Part shown: positions 36,164 through 50,640 of the stretch, piece after piece
Layout of the letters: every line of letters begins with the position of its first letter
Numbering within the stretch: position 1 is the stretch's first letter
Source of the DNA: Collodictyon triciliatum
Lineage: Eukaryota
Assembly (NCBI GenBank): GCA_043381765.1
Contig: JBHJMP010000834.1
Location: 1-64,000, forward strand
Direction of reading: 5' to 3'
Length of the DNA: 64,000 nucleotides
Made by a program: the position numbers and the translations under genes
Notes under the pieces: model-generated
What the model saw: the letters and a program-made list of their open reading frames with translations, nothing else
Databases searched by the model: none
What the model was told of the DNA's origin: nothing

Positions 36164-37603
36164 TTATAGGGAACCCCCTACGATTTTAGCAAGAGAATAG
36201 TGAATAACATCAATAAAATTGTTAGGAGAAACACCCATATAAAGAGTAGTGAAAACTAAAGGAATTAAAATAAACACTTCTCTTCTTGATAAATCTGGGA
36301 GAAGAACCGGATCTATAGGTAAGAATTTACTACTTGGTCCAAAACATACTCTATTATATAACCAAATAGAATAAGCTGCTCCTAAAATAACAGAAAGAGC
36401 TGCTAAACCTGCAATAATAAAGTTCGAAGCTCCAACTGAAGTTAATATTAAAAATTCACCAACAAAGCTACTTGTTCCCGGTACACTAATATTTGCTAAT
36501 ATAAAGAATAAGAAAATAATAGCAAATAATGGCATTCGTTGAGTTATTCCACCATAATATTTTAAAAGTCTAGTATGAGTTCGTTCATAAAGCATACCAA
36601 TACAAAGGAATAATGCGCTAGATACAATACCATGGCTTAGCATCAATAATAATCCACCATGTAAACCTTGAATATTAAATGAGAATAATCCAAGAGTTAC
36701 ATAATTCATATGCCCAATAGAAGAATAAGCAATTATTTTTTTTAAATCTATTTGTCTTAATGTAGTTAAGGAAGTATAAATTATACCAATAACACTTAAG
36801 GTATATATTAAAGGTGTAAAATAAATAGATGCATATGGGAACATTGGAATAGAAAATCTTAAAAACCCATAAGTCCCTAATTTTAATAATAAACCGGCTA
36901 AAATAACCGAACCACCAGTAGGAGCTTCAACATGAGCCTCAGGTAACCAAATATGAAATGGTATCATTGGAATTTTGATTGCAAAAGAGGCAAAGAAAGT
37001 TAGCCATAAAAAGATTTGTTTAGAGCTTCGTTCTTTTGGTAATAATTCTGTTAGAACCTCAATGTCGGTTGTTCCAAGTTCAAAGTAAATTATTAAGATA
37101 CCAATTAACATTAAAATGGAACCAAGCAATGTATATAAAAAGAATTGATAAGCCGCTTGAATTTTTCTTTCTCTAGACCCCCAAATCCCTATAATAAGGA
37201 ACATTGGAATCAATACACTTTCAAAGAAAATATAGAAAATAAGTAAATCTAAAACACTAAAAACAGCAATTAAGCAAGATTCTAGTATTAAGAAGGCTAT
37301 GATATATTCTTTTGGTAATTTTTCTAAGTTCCAACCAATCAATAAACATAATGGAATTAAGAAAGTTGTTAAAATAATAAAAAAGATTGAAATACCATCA
37401 ATCCCCAAATAACCATCTAATGCAACAAATTGATAATAAGGATAGGCTTTATCAAAGAAAACCCATAAACTTAGGGATAATAAAAAAGTAATTAAAGAAA
37501 CATTCAATCCAATTATTTTAGCTTTTGGCAGGGAAACATTACTGCCCAAAATAAAAAGACTTCCTATGGTTGGTAAGCCGATCAATAATAATAAGATATT
37601 CAT
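36164..37603 (-). CDS. nad4: NADH dehydrogenase subunit 4
   Basis: HIWLPEAHVEAPT, LLKLGTYG, DLKKIIAYSS. Confidence 0.99.
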   Translation of the reverse strand: MNILLLLIGLPTIGSLFILGSNVSLPKAKIIGLNVSLITFLLSLSLWVFFDKAYPYYQFVALDGYLGIDGISIFFIILTTFLIPLCLLIGWNLEKLPKEYIIAFLILESCLIAVFSVLDLLIFYIFFESVLIPMFLIIGIWGSRERKIQAAYQFFLYTLLGSILMLIGILIIYFELGTTDIEVLTELLPKERSSKQIFLWLTFFASFAIKIPMIPFHIWLPEAHVEAPTGGSVILAGLLLKLGTYGFLRFSIPMFPYASIYFTPLIYTLSVIGIIYTSLTTLRQIDLKKIIAYSSIGHMNYVTLGLFSFNIQGLHGGLLLMLSHGIVSSALFLCIGMLYERTHTRLLKYYGGITQRMPLFAIIFLFFILANISVPGTSSFVGEFLILTSVGASNFIIAGLAALSVILGAAYSIWLYNRVCFGPSSKFLPIDPVLLPDLSRREVFILIPLVFTTLYMGVSPNNFIDVIHYSLAKIVGGSL

Positions 37604-37860
37604 TATTAATTTCTTATTTTATACGTTGAGTGTGCCCAGTGATTGGCGCTACGCGCCCAAGCTGTCTGAGCTAACGACAGCGTCAAATTGGGTATTAGAT
37701 AATGTGCTCAACCGCTTCGCTTGACACGGTCATTATGACCTTGGTGAGTTAAGGTATAGGGTTATTATGTGGAACAATTGTGGCTGCGGCCGGTCAACTG
37801 GTCATTATTCCCCCCCCGGTCATGATGGAGAGAAGGGGTGCAGAGCGAAGCGACCTTTTA

Positions 37861-37933
37861 ACGATGTTAGCTCAACGGATAGAGCGACGAGCTTCTAACT
37901 CGTAGGTTGTTGGTTCAATTCCATCACATCGTA
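37861..37933 (+). tRNA. trnR: tRNA-Arg(UCU)
   Basis: cloverleaf, anticodon TCT. Confidence 0.95.
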
Positions 37934-37979
37934 TGGGTTGGTTCATAGTGAACCTATGCCCAATTAAACAAAAAAAGCA

Positions 37980-38480
37980 ATGTCAAAAAACGGTCCATTA
38001 ATTAAATCGCTGGGCTATGGTCCCACAATTAAATTATTAAATCAATCTATTCTCCCACCACAAAGCTTAATAGTATTCACTACACCAGAACATAAAAAAG
38101 AAAGTAAAAAGGCCGGATTAAAAAACAATGCTGGTGAAGGATCACTGGCTATGCCTCGTTATCAATCAAAACGAATAATAATAGATTTAGACCATTCGGG
38201 GCAACGATTACCCTTAAATAGAATAACTAAAGGGTCCAGCCTTATTATTTATAAAGGCTGGAGCATTTTCAGTTCACAGCGGTCCGTCCTACCATTTTTA
38301 ATATTAGGCGGAAAATATTTAAATCATTATCTGCCTGGTCCGAAAACAGTAACCCACTTCGTAAAATTTTGTGAACTTGAAGCAAGTGGTGCTCGACGTG
38401 GTCAAAAAACAATGGGGGAGCCCACAGGACTGGTTTTAATCAAATTATTAACAGCAGCTGTAAAAAAATGGCAACAATAA
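37980..38480 (+). CDS. rpl10: probable divergent ribosomal protein L10
   Basis: KGSSLIIY and [12 protein letters not shown] resemble uL10 motifs; lies directly before rps12-rps7 as in the ancestral operon. Confidence 0.55.
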   Translation: MSKNGPLIKSLGYGPTIKLLNQSILPPQSLIVFTTPEHKKESKKAGLKNNAGEGSLAMPRYQSKRIIIDLDHSGQRLPLNRITKGSSLIIYKGWSIFSSQRSVLPFLILGGKYLNHYLPGPKTVTHFVKFCELEASGARRGQKTMGEPTGLVLIKLLTAAVKKWQQ

Positions 38481-38860
38481 ATCAATTAATGAGCTCTCGT
38501 CGAAAGGGCGGAAAACGCCCTGGTGGTTCTCAAAGGGTTGCTAGAAATAGTGCTCTTTTAGAAGGATCACCTCAAAAAAGCGGAATTTGTTTAAAAGTTT
38601 ATACTACTACTCCTAAAAAACCCAATTCTGCGATCAGAAAAATCGCTAGAGTAAAATTATCTAACGGAAAAAAAGTAATTAGTTATATTCCAGGAGAAGG
38701 TCATAATTTACAAGAGCATTCAATGGTTTTAATTAGAGGTGGACGAGTAAAAGATTTACCAGGAGTACGTTATAAATGTATTAGAGGTAAATACGATTTA
38801 CAGGAGATCAAAAATAGGAAAAAAGCAAGATCAAAATATGGAACTAAAAAAAATCGTTAA
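38468..38860 (+). CDS. rps12: ribosomal protein S12
   Basis: [32 protein letters not shown]. Confidence 0.99.
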   Translation: MATINQLMSSRRKGGKRPGGSQRVARNSALLEGSPQKSGICLKVYTTTPKKPNSAIRKIARVKLSNGKKVISYIPGEGHNLQEHSMVLIRGGRVKDLPGVRYKCIRGKYDLQEIKNRKKARSKYGTKKNR

Positions 38861-39371
38861 TGATGCGCTTCGCTTCCCACATTTAACACAGGCGAAAAAT
38901 GACCCACGCTCTGAGGCGGTAAAGGGCAGCTGCCATGGGCCGCAGCGACGGGATGTTGCGGCCGATAATGGAGGGGCTGTCATCCATAAATTTATTAAAA
39001 TCTTAATGAAAGATGGTAAAAAATATATTGCGATCGAGATACTCGAACATTCAATTCAACATTTAGGAATTCCAGCTATACTAACTGCTATTGAAAACGT
39101 TAAACCGTTCTTAGAAGTTAGACCTATTAGAATTGCTGGTACTACTTATCAAGTTCCATATGAAATTAAAGGGGCAAGACAATTATATTTAGCAATAAAA
39201 TGGTTAATTTTAGGGGCAAAATCAAGAAATGAAAAAACAATGGGTCAAAAATTATTAGCTGAACTAACAGCCGCGGTTAAAAAACAAGGATTCGCAATTA
39301 AAAAAAAAGAGGAATTTCATAAATTAGCCGAAGCAAATAGAGCTTTTTCAAATTTTAGATGGATGCCTTAA
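38838..39371 (+). CDS. rps7: ribosomal protein S7
   Basis: [27 protein letters not shown]. Confidence 0.96.
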   Translation: MELKKIVNDALRFPHLTQAKNDPRSEAVKGSCHGPQRRDVAADNGGAVIHKFIKILMKDGKKYIAIEILEHSIQHLGIPAILTAIENVKPFLEVRPIRIAGTTYQVPYEIKGARQLYLAIKWLILGAKSRNEKTMGQKLLAELTAAVKKQGFAIKKKEEFHKLAEANRAFSNFRWMP

Positions 39372-39808
39372 CACGATGCAGGAAAAGCGGGAAGGGGGGA
39401 GGGGCCCAAGCGTTCCAGCGGAGCGTATGACTGTGTTTCACCCCTTGCGCTTGCCTATGTATATTCCGTCAAATGAACCTGGTCCCTCTATCGCAGCAAC
39501 GGTCTGTGGGTCCCTCTATGACTCAAGGGGCAGCTGCTGCCCGTTGCTGTATATCCCAGCTGCGGGCCACGGCCCGCTCCGCGAACAAGGCATAGCCGGC
39601 GATTTATACGAGCTTACCAAGAACATTAAGGTTGCCCTATCCATGACAGCCCGCTTGTGACTGGGGGGTGGGGGCCGGTCCGAGGGTAAACGTCATAGAC
39701 CCATCATTCGCCCGAGCGGGGGGGAATATACATAGGCAAGCGACCTGTGAATTGTGACCTCATTGAACGAGCGAAGAGGGGCAAGCCTTGGTATATAAAA
39801 AAAGAATA

Positions 39809-40432
39809 ATGTTATCACCTTTTATTGCCGCTCATTTTTTTGCTGGTTTAATGATAATTTCTTCCATTATGGTTATTGGAAGTAGAAACCCAATTCATTC
39901 TATTTTCTTTTTAATTTTAGTTTTTTTTAACGCTAGTGCGTTATTATTAATGTTAGAAGTAGAATTTTTAGCAATATTATTATTAGTTGTTTATGTTGGT
40001 GCGGTTGCTGTTTTATTCTTATTCGTAGTGATGATGTTAAATTTACATTTATCAATATTATCACAAAACTTTTTCTATTATTTACCCTTTGGAGGTTTAG
40101 CAGGGTCAATTTTTTTATTTGAGTTACGATCAGCTTTTTTACGTTTCGCTCCTTCTGCGCATAGCACCTACTCCCATCACCGACCTTTTTTAGAATGGGT
40201 AGAATTTTTTGATAATTTTAGTCTTCCATTCGGATTAGTTTTATACACTGAATATGCACTTTTATTAATAATAGCAAGCTTAATTTTATTATTAGCAATG
40301 TTAGGCGCTATTGTTTTAACTGGAGGGCCGAAGGGTGTTCACAATAAGCCAACATTAGGTTCATATAAACAAGATATATCTGAACAAATTTCAAGAGAGG
40401 CTTCCGTAATCGAAGCGCATCCCAGAGTGTAG
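39809..40432 (+). CDS. nad6: NADH dehydrogenase subunit 6
   Basis: NPIHSIFFLILVF, VYVGAVAVLFLFVVMML. Confidence 0.97.
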   Translation: MLSPFIAAHFFAGLMIISSIMVIGSRNPIHSIFFLILVFFNASALLLMLEVEFLAILLLVVYVGAVAVLFLFVVMMLNLHLSILSQNFFYYLPFGGLAGSIFLFELRSAFLRFAPSAHSTYSHHRPFLEWVEFFDNFSLPFGLVLYTEYALLLIIASLILLLAMLGAIVLTGGPKGVHNKPTLGSYKQDISEQISREASVIEAHPRV

Positions 40433-40934
40433 TAATAAAAGGGGGAGATTGGTGTCATAAACACGGATTCATCCCCCCGCACCCAAGGTCATAGTGACCG
40501 TAAGTGACTTATGAACACACTTCAAGGAAAGCAGGGAACCGTGAACCAGCTTCGCTCAAGAACGGGCAAAGAGCAAGGAGTGGGTGATCAACAAAGCGGC
40601 CTTCGGCCTCCTGTGCGTGCCTTTGCCCCTACGACCTTGCTTGGAGGGAAGGGGCCCTGGCTTTGCCAAGCGAAGCGGTTGCTGGGCTGTTCAAGAACCA
40701 GGGAGAAGAGTGAAGCGAAAAACAACCTCTAGCTCAGACTGCTTGTGTATAAGGGACGGGAGCAAGGACTTTGGCCGGTATCATAGCTCATTTCTATTTA
40801 TTCATGAGGGGGGAAAGCGTGGACAACCCGGCTCCGTACTCAGAAATCAAGCTGGTTCATTGTTCACTGGTACCAACTAAGCCAGAGGTCTCTGTGACTG
40901 CTCCCTCCCCAGAGCGAAGCGGTATATACTTTTT

Positions 40935-41130
40935 ATGATTTTAACAGATTATATTTTAATTTTAACTTATTTATTAGTCAGCATCGGGTTAGCAATAATA
41001 ATTTATTCCTTATCTTATTTAATTGCAATACAAAAAGCTGATAGTGAAAAAGTTTCTCCATACGAATGTGGATTTAATCCATTCGATGACGCTCGAAATG
41101 AATTTGAAGTTCGTTTTTATTTAGTTGCGA
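40935..41130 (+). CDS. nad3: nad3 exon 1 (trans-spliced)
   Basis: [13 protein letters not shown]...FYLVA-A followed by GTGTG. Confidence 0.96.
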
Positions 41131-41985
41131 GTGTGACCAATCAGTTAAACAATAGTTAATAGGAGAGACACGCTCAGGGGTAAACGGGCGGCGGCTTCCC
41201 CCTCCGGACTGAGAAACATCCGGTCCGTAGGACCTGCTGCCTTTTTCCGGGTCAAACCTTAAACCGGGCCCCTCTTACCGGCCGAAGTGGTTCATGATGA
41301 ACCTATTCTGCACACCCGCGACAAAGGGGGGGAGAGAGAATGTTCTCCGCTTCCCTTAATTAAACAATTAAAAAAAGAGGAAAGCCGTTCGACCTTCATT
41401 TACCTCAGCAAAGTCATTATTTTAATCAACCTTACCAAGCAAAAAAAGCGGAACGAGATGACGGGAGTGATCTGTGACCTTGTTCATTGTTCACCGGGCC
41501 CTTATGAAAGCAAGCGTCGTTTCGACCACTAACAGGCCACCCACTGTCCTTTGGCCTTCGGCCGGTTTCTCCACTCCCGGAAAGCGAAGTGCAGCGAAGA
41601 GCAGTGGAAGGGGGAACAAGGTTTGTTGTAGGGGAAACAGGGCGTACGCCAAGCGTTCCAGCGGAGCGTGTGACCGTAAGCGGCTTTAAAGTTATCCCCG
41701 TTTGCCCTCTTGCCGCTTTAAAGCAACTTCGACAATTTTCCTCATTGCTCGATCGCCGATCGATCGATCAGTATCTGTATTTATCGGCAGCCAAGAGGGG
41801 GACCCAGCCCCCCGGGCTGCCACGGGGTAAAGACGTTGTTGTAATGAGCGTCGGGCGTTACACGCCCAAAGGTTTAGATTCCAACGGCTTTTATTTTACT
41901 TTAAATTTTAGCTAGGACGACTTTTTATTGTTTACTGACGTTGTGCTTAAGTGATTGTTCTTAAGTATATTTATTAACCATGGTA
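41131..41985 (+). mobile_element. 5' fragment of nad3 group II intron (DI, DII, probably start of DIII)
   Basis: GTGTGAC start; DI basal stem TCAGTTAAACAATA / TATTGTTTACTGA; no DV before rns. Confidence 0.8.
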
Positions 41986-42367
41986 GTGAGTTGGGTAGTG
42001 AGTTGGGTAGTGAGTTGGGGCGTACGCCCACTCTCGCTCCACTCGTCTCTCTTAGTGCCCTGAAGGGCCAAGTGATGATCACACAAACAAAGCCCAGTCG
42101 TAAGACGTGCTTCGCTCACCTTGTTGCCTTCCTTATCGTAGCGCAGCTTGATGGGCAAGGGGGACCAAAAGGACATTTAGCTCGTGTGTGCGGCCGAAGG
42201 ACGTTCGTCCTTGTCGTCATGTAATGAGCTCATACTAATGCAGGCCGTGAGGGATTGAGGGACTCCGGTAGCTTAAAAGTATGGGGACTTTAAAACCTAT
42301 CGGGGAACGACGGTTCCCCGATAGACGCTTTAATTGAAGGATACGGACCATTGCGGCCACTTGATCC

Positions 42368-42970
42368 AAATGGAGTTATTCCAGCCACTGGTTCCCCAAC
42401 GGCTACCTTGTTACGACTTCACTCTGGTCACTAATGACTATCTAATTCAAGGTCGAATGGAAGCAAAGGGAACTGTCGTTCCTCCTTCCTGTCGCTCCGA
42501 CAACTTGAACTTCAATAATCACCAATTCCTATAGCGTGACGGGCGGTATGTACAAGACCTAAGAACTGATTCACCGCGACGTGCTGATTCGCGATTACTA
42601 GCGATTCCGACTTCATGGTCTCGAGTTGCAGAGATCAATCCGGACTGAGATGATTTTTTTGAGATTTGCTCCGACTCGCATCATTGCTACCCTTTGTAAT
42701 CACCATTGTAGCACGTTAGTAGCCCAATCCATAAGGGCCATGACGACTTGACTTCATCCTCTCCTTCCTCCTGATCGATGGACCAGGCAGTTTCCAAATT
42801 GGAAATTAACCCATTATTGGATAAGGGTTGCGCTCGTTTATGGACTTAACCGAACAACTCACGCCACGAGCTGACGACAGCCATGCAGCACCTGCTTTTT
42901 AATTTCAAGGATTGGTAAGGTTCTTTGCGTAGTATCAGATTAAACAACATGCTCCACCGCTTGTGTAGAT

Positions 42971-43010
<40 letters not shown>

Positions 43011-43822
43011 CCCCAGGCGGAAGGCTTAACGCGTTAGCTAATTGACTAAAATCAGGTTTAAGCCCGCTCTAACCAATAGCCTTCATAGTTTACAGCATAG
43101 ACTACCAGGGTCTCTAATCCTGTTTGCTCCCTATGCCTTCGTGATAAAGAGTCAGTTTTTACCTAGAAGGGTGGTTTCCCCTTTGGTGTTCTATCTGATA
43201 TTTACATATTTTATCATTACACCAGATTTTCTCCCTTCCTCTATTAAACTCTAGTAATATAGTATTGAAAGAGGTGATGAAGTAAGTCCATCGATTTTAC
43301 TTTCAACTTTTATTACATCCGACTCACGCTTTACGCCCAGTTATTTTGAACAACGTTCGCTCCTCTCGTATTACCGCGGCTGCTGGCACGAGATTGGCCG
43401 GAGCTTTTTCTGCAAGTTTTGTCTATTTCTTACTTGCTAAAAGAGATTTACAGAGCATTCCTTCATCTCTCACTCAAGATTGCTGGATCAGGGTTTCCCC
43501 CATTGTCCAAGATTCCCCACTGCTGCTGGGATTATACCCATTTGGGCCTTGTTTCAGTCCCAATGTGGCAGATGATCCACTTAGACCTGCTACGCATCAT
43601 CGGCTTGGTAGTCTTTTAAACTACCAACTACCTAATACGATTAAAGACTATCTATAAGCAACGTTAATCTTCTCATACTATTTCAGTAATTCTTATAGAT
43701 TTTGTACTTTAACATTACTCACCCGTTCACTACGGTGGACGAAGTGTCCCCGTTCAATTTGCATGTGTTAGGCATCTTGATAACGTTCGTTCGGAGCCAG
43801 GATAAAACTCTTAGATTTATTC
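42368..43822 (-). rRNA. rns: small subunit rRNA (ends approximate)
   Basis: AGAGTTTTATCCTGGCTC, GTGCCAGCAGCCGCGGTAA, AAACTCAAAGGAATTGACGG, AAGTCGTAACAAGGTAGCC. Confidence 0.98.
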
Positions 43823-43927
43823 AATTACAAAACCTAAAGCCGGGGCTGCTGAATCCCCCAACAACAGTCGAGCAAAGGAAGGCACCCATTGTGAACCGGT
43901 TTCTGTCTCTCTATTAAACCCGCTTCC

Positions 43928-44605
43928 TTATCGGCTGTCCACTCCGCTTTTTACTTTTTCTTTTATATACTCAACTTTTATTATTCTTAAAAAAATAAAA
44001 CTTTCAAGCAAAGCACATACACTTATTAAAGTCAACATCAAACTCTTTATTTCTGGTGGAGTGGCGAGACTCGCAGCCAATAGATTAATAAATAAATATG
44101 TTTTTCGATTCTTTATTGGAAGTAAAGTGCTCCCTACAATCAGCATTATTGTTAAACTTATTAAAAGAGTTAAATAAACATCCACTAAATCTTCTAATTT
44201 ATAATAGATTTTTATTACTTGAGTTTCATTTATTGTTACTAAGTATCCTAATAAATGTCCAACTAAACCAATAATTAAAAATATGCCTAAAACATTAAGG
44301 CAGAGTTGGGCCCTTAAGTTGAATTGTTCTAATTTATAGAGACTTGGACTTAAATAATAGTAAATTTCTATCAAAATCAGCGGGTGAATAATAAAAAAAC
44401 TTAAATAGGCACTCAGTCTTAAACTTAAAATATAGGGTGTTAGGATATTTGTATAGTAAAGGTTTTTGGTTATACCATAATGATAACAAAGCACAGCGAT
44501 TAAATCTAAACCATTTAGATAAATGGCTACTCCTGTTAGTAGATATGAAATTAATAAATAACCTAACCTAATTTTTAATTCTTTGGTATAGAATGATATT
44601 AACAT
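43928..44605 (-). CDS. tatC: Tat translocase subunit TatC (MttB)
   Basis: ELKIRL, HP....EIYYYLSPSLY..E, AASLATPPE. Confidence 0.9.
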   Translation of the reverse strand: MLISFYTKELKIRLGYLLISYLLTGVAIYLNGLDLIAVLCYHYGITKNLYYTNILTPYILSLRLSAYLSFFIIHPLILIEIYYYLSPSLYKLEQFNLRAQLCLNVLGIFLIIGLVGHLLGYLVTINETQVIKIYYKLEDLVDVYLTLLISLTIMLIVGSTLLPIKNRKTYLFINLLAASLATPPEIKSLMLTLISVCALLESFIFLRIIKVEYIKEKVKSGVDSR

Positions 44606-44993
44606 GCGCTTGTCCTTTTCTTGGCCCAACTCTTGTTCATAGTGAACAGGTGACCTTGCCCTCTTAAAGCCGGGGCATTAGACGATTAACCTTGGCCTGT
44701 GACCTCGGGCTTCAGGGTGCGAAGTGTAAGTTGGTAACGATACTCCCGTCAAAAGTGTGACGTTAAACTGCTTCGCTTTCTCCCGTCCCTTTGCTCGACA
44801 CGCTACGACGACGCGAAAAACCAGTTCGCTGCTTTCCATGTCACTGTTTTTCGCTCGAGTGACATTATCGAACTAGGCCATGCCCTTTAAGCTTCCCTCC
44901 AAGCAAATGACCGTGCAGTTTTGGCCCCTTGACAGCTGCAACGAACCTCGGGGAACGCATTAAGGTAGGAGGAGTGGCTCTGGTGACTGCGAT

Positions 44994-45083
44994 AGGGTGA
45001 AGCGGGATTCGAACCCGCGGTAGAGAATTAGACTCTACACCAGTTTTCAAGACTGGCACCTTAAACCACTCGATCATTCACCC
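44994..45083 (-). tRNA. trnS: tRNA-Ser(UGA)
   Basis: anticodon TGA, long variable arm. Confidence 0.95.
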
Positions 45084-45675
45084 AAAAGAAGCGGGGAGGA
45101 GGAGCGAAGCGGGCCACTATGGGGCTGAAGGCGGTCGGGATGTGGTCGAACAGGAAACTTTGTTTCCGGTTCGCTCGACCTTTATTTCTTTATACCCGAG
45201 GCGAGAGAGGGGCAAGCCCCGCAACGACCTGTCATAGTGACCACGAGGTTTCCTTCGTCTGGTCACAAAGGTTGCTTCGCTCTGCACCCCTCCCCCCTTC
45301 CCGCTTCGCTCCCTGCCTTCTCATTCGCTCGGCAGGAGGTCGCTCTCGCTCCTCTCGCCTCTATGAATGTGGTTGTATGATTTTTAACGGCCTCAATATG
45401 CTGCTTCGCCCGGAAAAGAGCAAGGAGAAAGGGGGGAAATCGATCGAAGTAAACCTAGGGGGGCGGAGCGTTGGGAAGCGCGTTTTACCTATTCGCAACC
45501 ACAGCCTGGAAGCTGGTCGCTAGCTCAGACAGCTTGGCCCCCCCATAGAGCGAAGCGACGCCGTCTCTTCTTTCCTTTTAAGGGGGCGGTGGTTCCTGTC
45601 GGAGCAAGGTCGGACCGACTGCGTATCCCGTGACGACCTTGCACCGATGCTGCGGTCCACGTTCGCTGCGAACCT

Positions 45676-46446
45676 CTAAAGTTCTCTGTCGTAACGACCG
45701 CGTTTTTCACCCCTCCCCCGATCGATTATAGCATTAGCTAATAAATTGGCCATTAAAGATAAAGAGCTGCTTCGCTCCACATTTGCTGGAATTGGAATAG
45801 TAATATCAGGGGAAGCTTCCCTACCTATAAACGCAATTACAGGGATTTTCTTTTTTTTAGCTTCTTTTATTAACATTTCATTTTTATTAGGATTAAAAAT
45901 AACTAATAATGATACCGCACCACCAAAAGGTCCGCTGCTTGTTTTCAGGTCGTAACGGCCGCTGCTGCTGCCCATCAATCTGCAACCCGCTCTAATAGCT
46001 GCTAGTTTGACAATGCTGCTTAATTTTGGTTCCAATCCTATAGAAATAAAAACTATGCGATCGTAACGCGGGTTTACCCCTGAATAGTGCCCAGCTTCGC
46101 TTGAAGCCGATAAAGCGGAGCGTGTCGAACGACCGGGTTGTGGTCTGTTCATTATAACTGGATCCGTAAGATGACGAATTAAATATAACGCCTTTCTTAA
46201 ATAAATTAACGTATAAATAGGGTTCATTATGAACACGGGCTCGTTACGAAAGAAGAGTCCCTTCCCGCTGCGCCCAGTTAACCGCCCTTTCTTTGGTCCA
46301 CGATGAAACCTTGTTGGGCCGGATGTTTTTTTATCTCCTTCTATTCTGCGACCAAATATATATTTCTGTATTGATGAGCTATTACTCCAATATTGTGTTG
46401 GGTCACTGTTAACCCGTAGCTTAGTTTTTAATAATACGTTCAGCAT
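45676..46446 (-). CDS. rps2: ribosomal protein S2 (divergent, repeat insertions)
   Basis: KYIFGRR, TLIYLRKAL, LIKEAKKKKIPVIAFI, IPIPAN. Confidence 0.9.
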   Translation of the reverse strand: MLNVLLKTKLRVNSDPTQYWSNSSSIQKYIFGRRIEGDKKTSGPTRFHRGPKKGRLTGRSGKGLFFRNEPVFIMNPIYTLIYLRKALYLIRHLTDPVIMNRPQPGRSTRSALSASSEAGHYSGVNPRYDRIVFISIGLEPKLSSIVKLAAIRAGCRLMGSSSGRYDLKTSSGPFGGAVSLLVIFNPNKNEMLIKEAKKKKIPVIAFIGREASPDITIPIPANVERSSSLSLMANLLANAIIDRGRGEKRGRYDREL

Positions 46447-47043
46447 GAAAAATATACGTCCATTTACCGATAAATCTATGCAGGGGGGTCAGTCGTTGAC
46501 GCGGGTAGCCTGTTCGCTCAACCTCTATGAATGTCACTTCGCTCGGGTACCCGGTCACTCACTTCGTTCTTCGGGCAAGGGGAGCGAAGCGTGAATTAGT
46601 ACGGGCAGCCCCGGTCATGATGACCTTGCCTCCCCCGAGCGAAGCGGGTGATGACATTTTTTTCGTGACCGGCTTCGCCTAACTAGAGAGTGGAAATATG
46701 GGCGTACGCCCGGCGAGACCCCAAGAGCGAAAATGTAATGAGCTCCCAACGCGAAGACACGGGCTCGTTTGAAGGGACAACGACAATGAAGGTCGGACCG
46801 GTTTCCCCCCCTTTATACTCAATGAAAGGGCACCCCTTCCCTCCAACATGACCGGCCCCCATCCCCCATCCCCCATCCCCTTGTGTATAAAGAGAATTGT
46901 TCATAAGGAGGTCATATTCGTTCCGTAGAGCAAAGCGAGTCAACTTTATTCACCTCCCTTACGACTTCGAGCGAAGAAAATAGAGGGCGGGTGACCAGTT
47001 TTCTCGAGCGAAGCGGGCAAGACACTTCATTGTGAACTGGTCG

Positions 47044-49950
<2,907 letters not shown>

Positions 49951-50151
49951 GTCACGCGTGGAACAATAGTGACCAGTTCAAGAAGGCAAGGAGTGCAAGG
50001 TCGAACGACCGGGTTGCGGGGGGCTTGCGGTCAACCAAATGGCATCTAGATGCCCGTACGCCCATTTTCCTGCTCAGTTGCCCCCGTAGAGCGAAGCCGT
50101 CTCTTCTTTCCTTATGATAATCCCTGTTGGTCCCACCCCCCCCCCTTGATA

Positions 50152-50224
50152 GAGAAAGTAACTCAGTTGGTAGAGTATTGGTCTGTCACGCCAAAAGTCG
50201 CGGGTTCAATTCCCGTCTTTCTCG
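50152..50224 (+). tRNA. trnD: tRNA-Asp(GUC)
   Basis: cloverleaf, anticodon GTC. Confidence 0.95.
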
Positions 50225-50640
50225 GTTTGCTTGTCTACAAAAAGGTGAGGGGGTTGGTGGGTAGCAGCAGCCCCTTTATCCGTCTTCGAAAGAGGCTGTC
50301 ATGGATTCCCCCCCCTCTCGCCATAGTATATAAATAAGTTTCGAAAACAGGCCACCCGCGTCGTCCCAACTGTGTCATCGCCGGAGCAAGCATCGTGAAC
50401 CAGACAGCCCGGGAGAAAAGGCAAGCTGTCGGAGCTAACGACCGTTTTTCCGACCCACTTGTGCACAATCGATGGAAAAGCCTGTATAACAATGTAAAGC
50501 CTTTTCCAGCAGGTCGTTCCGACCGCTCAACCCCATTCGTGCCGCGGTAATAGTGGTAGTCGAGAGTAACGTTGAGGTAACCAACAAGGGGCGGTCACTA
50601 TGAAAGGAACGCTCCACCCCCTTTATGAAATGATTTTTTT

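Noticed and set aside
42334-43917. Several plus-strand ORFs
   Set aside because: Antisense to rns; spurious.
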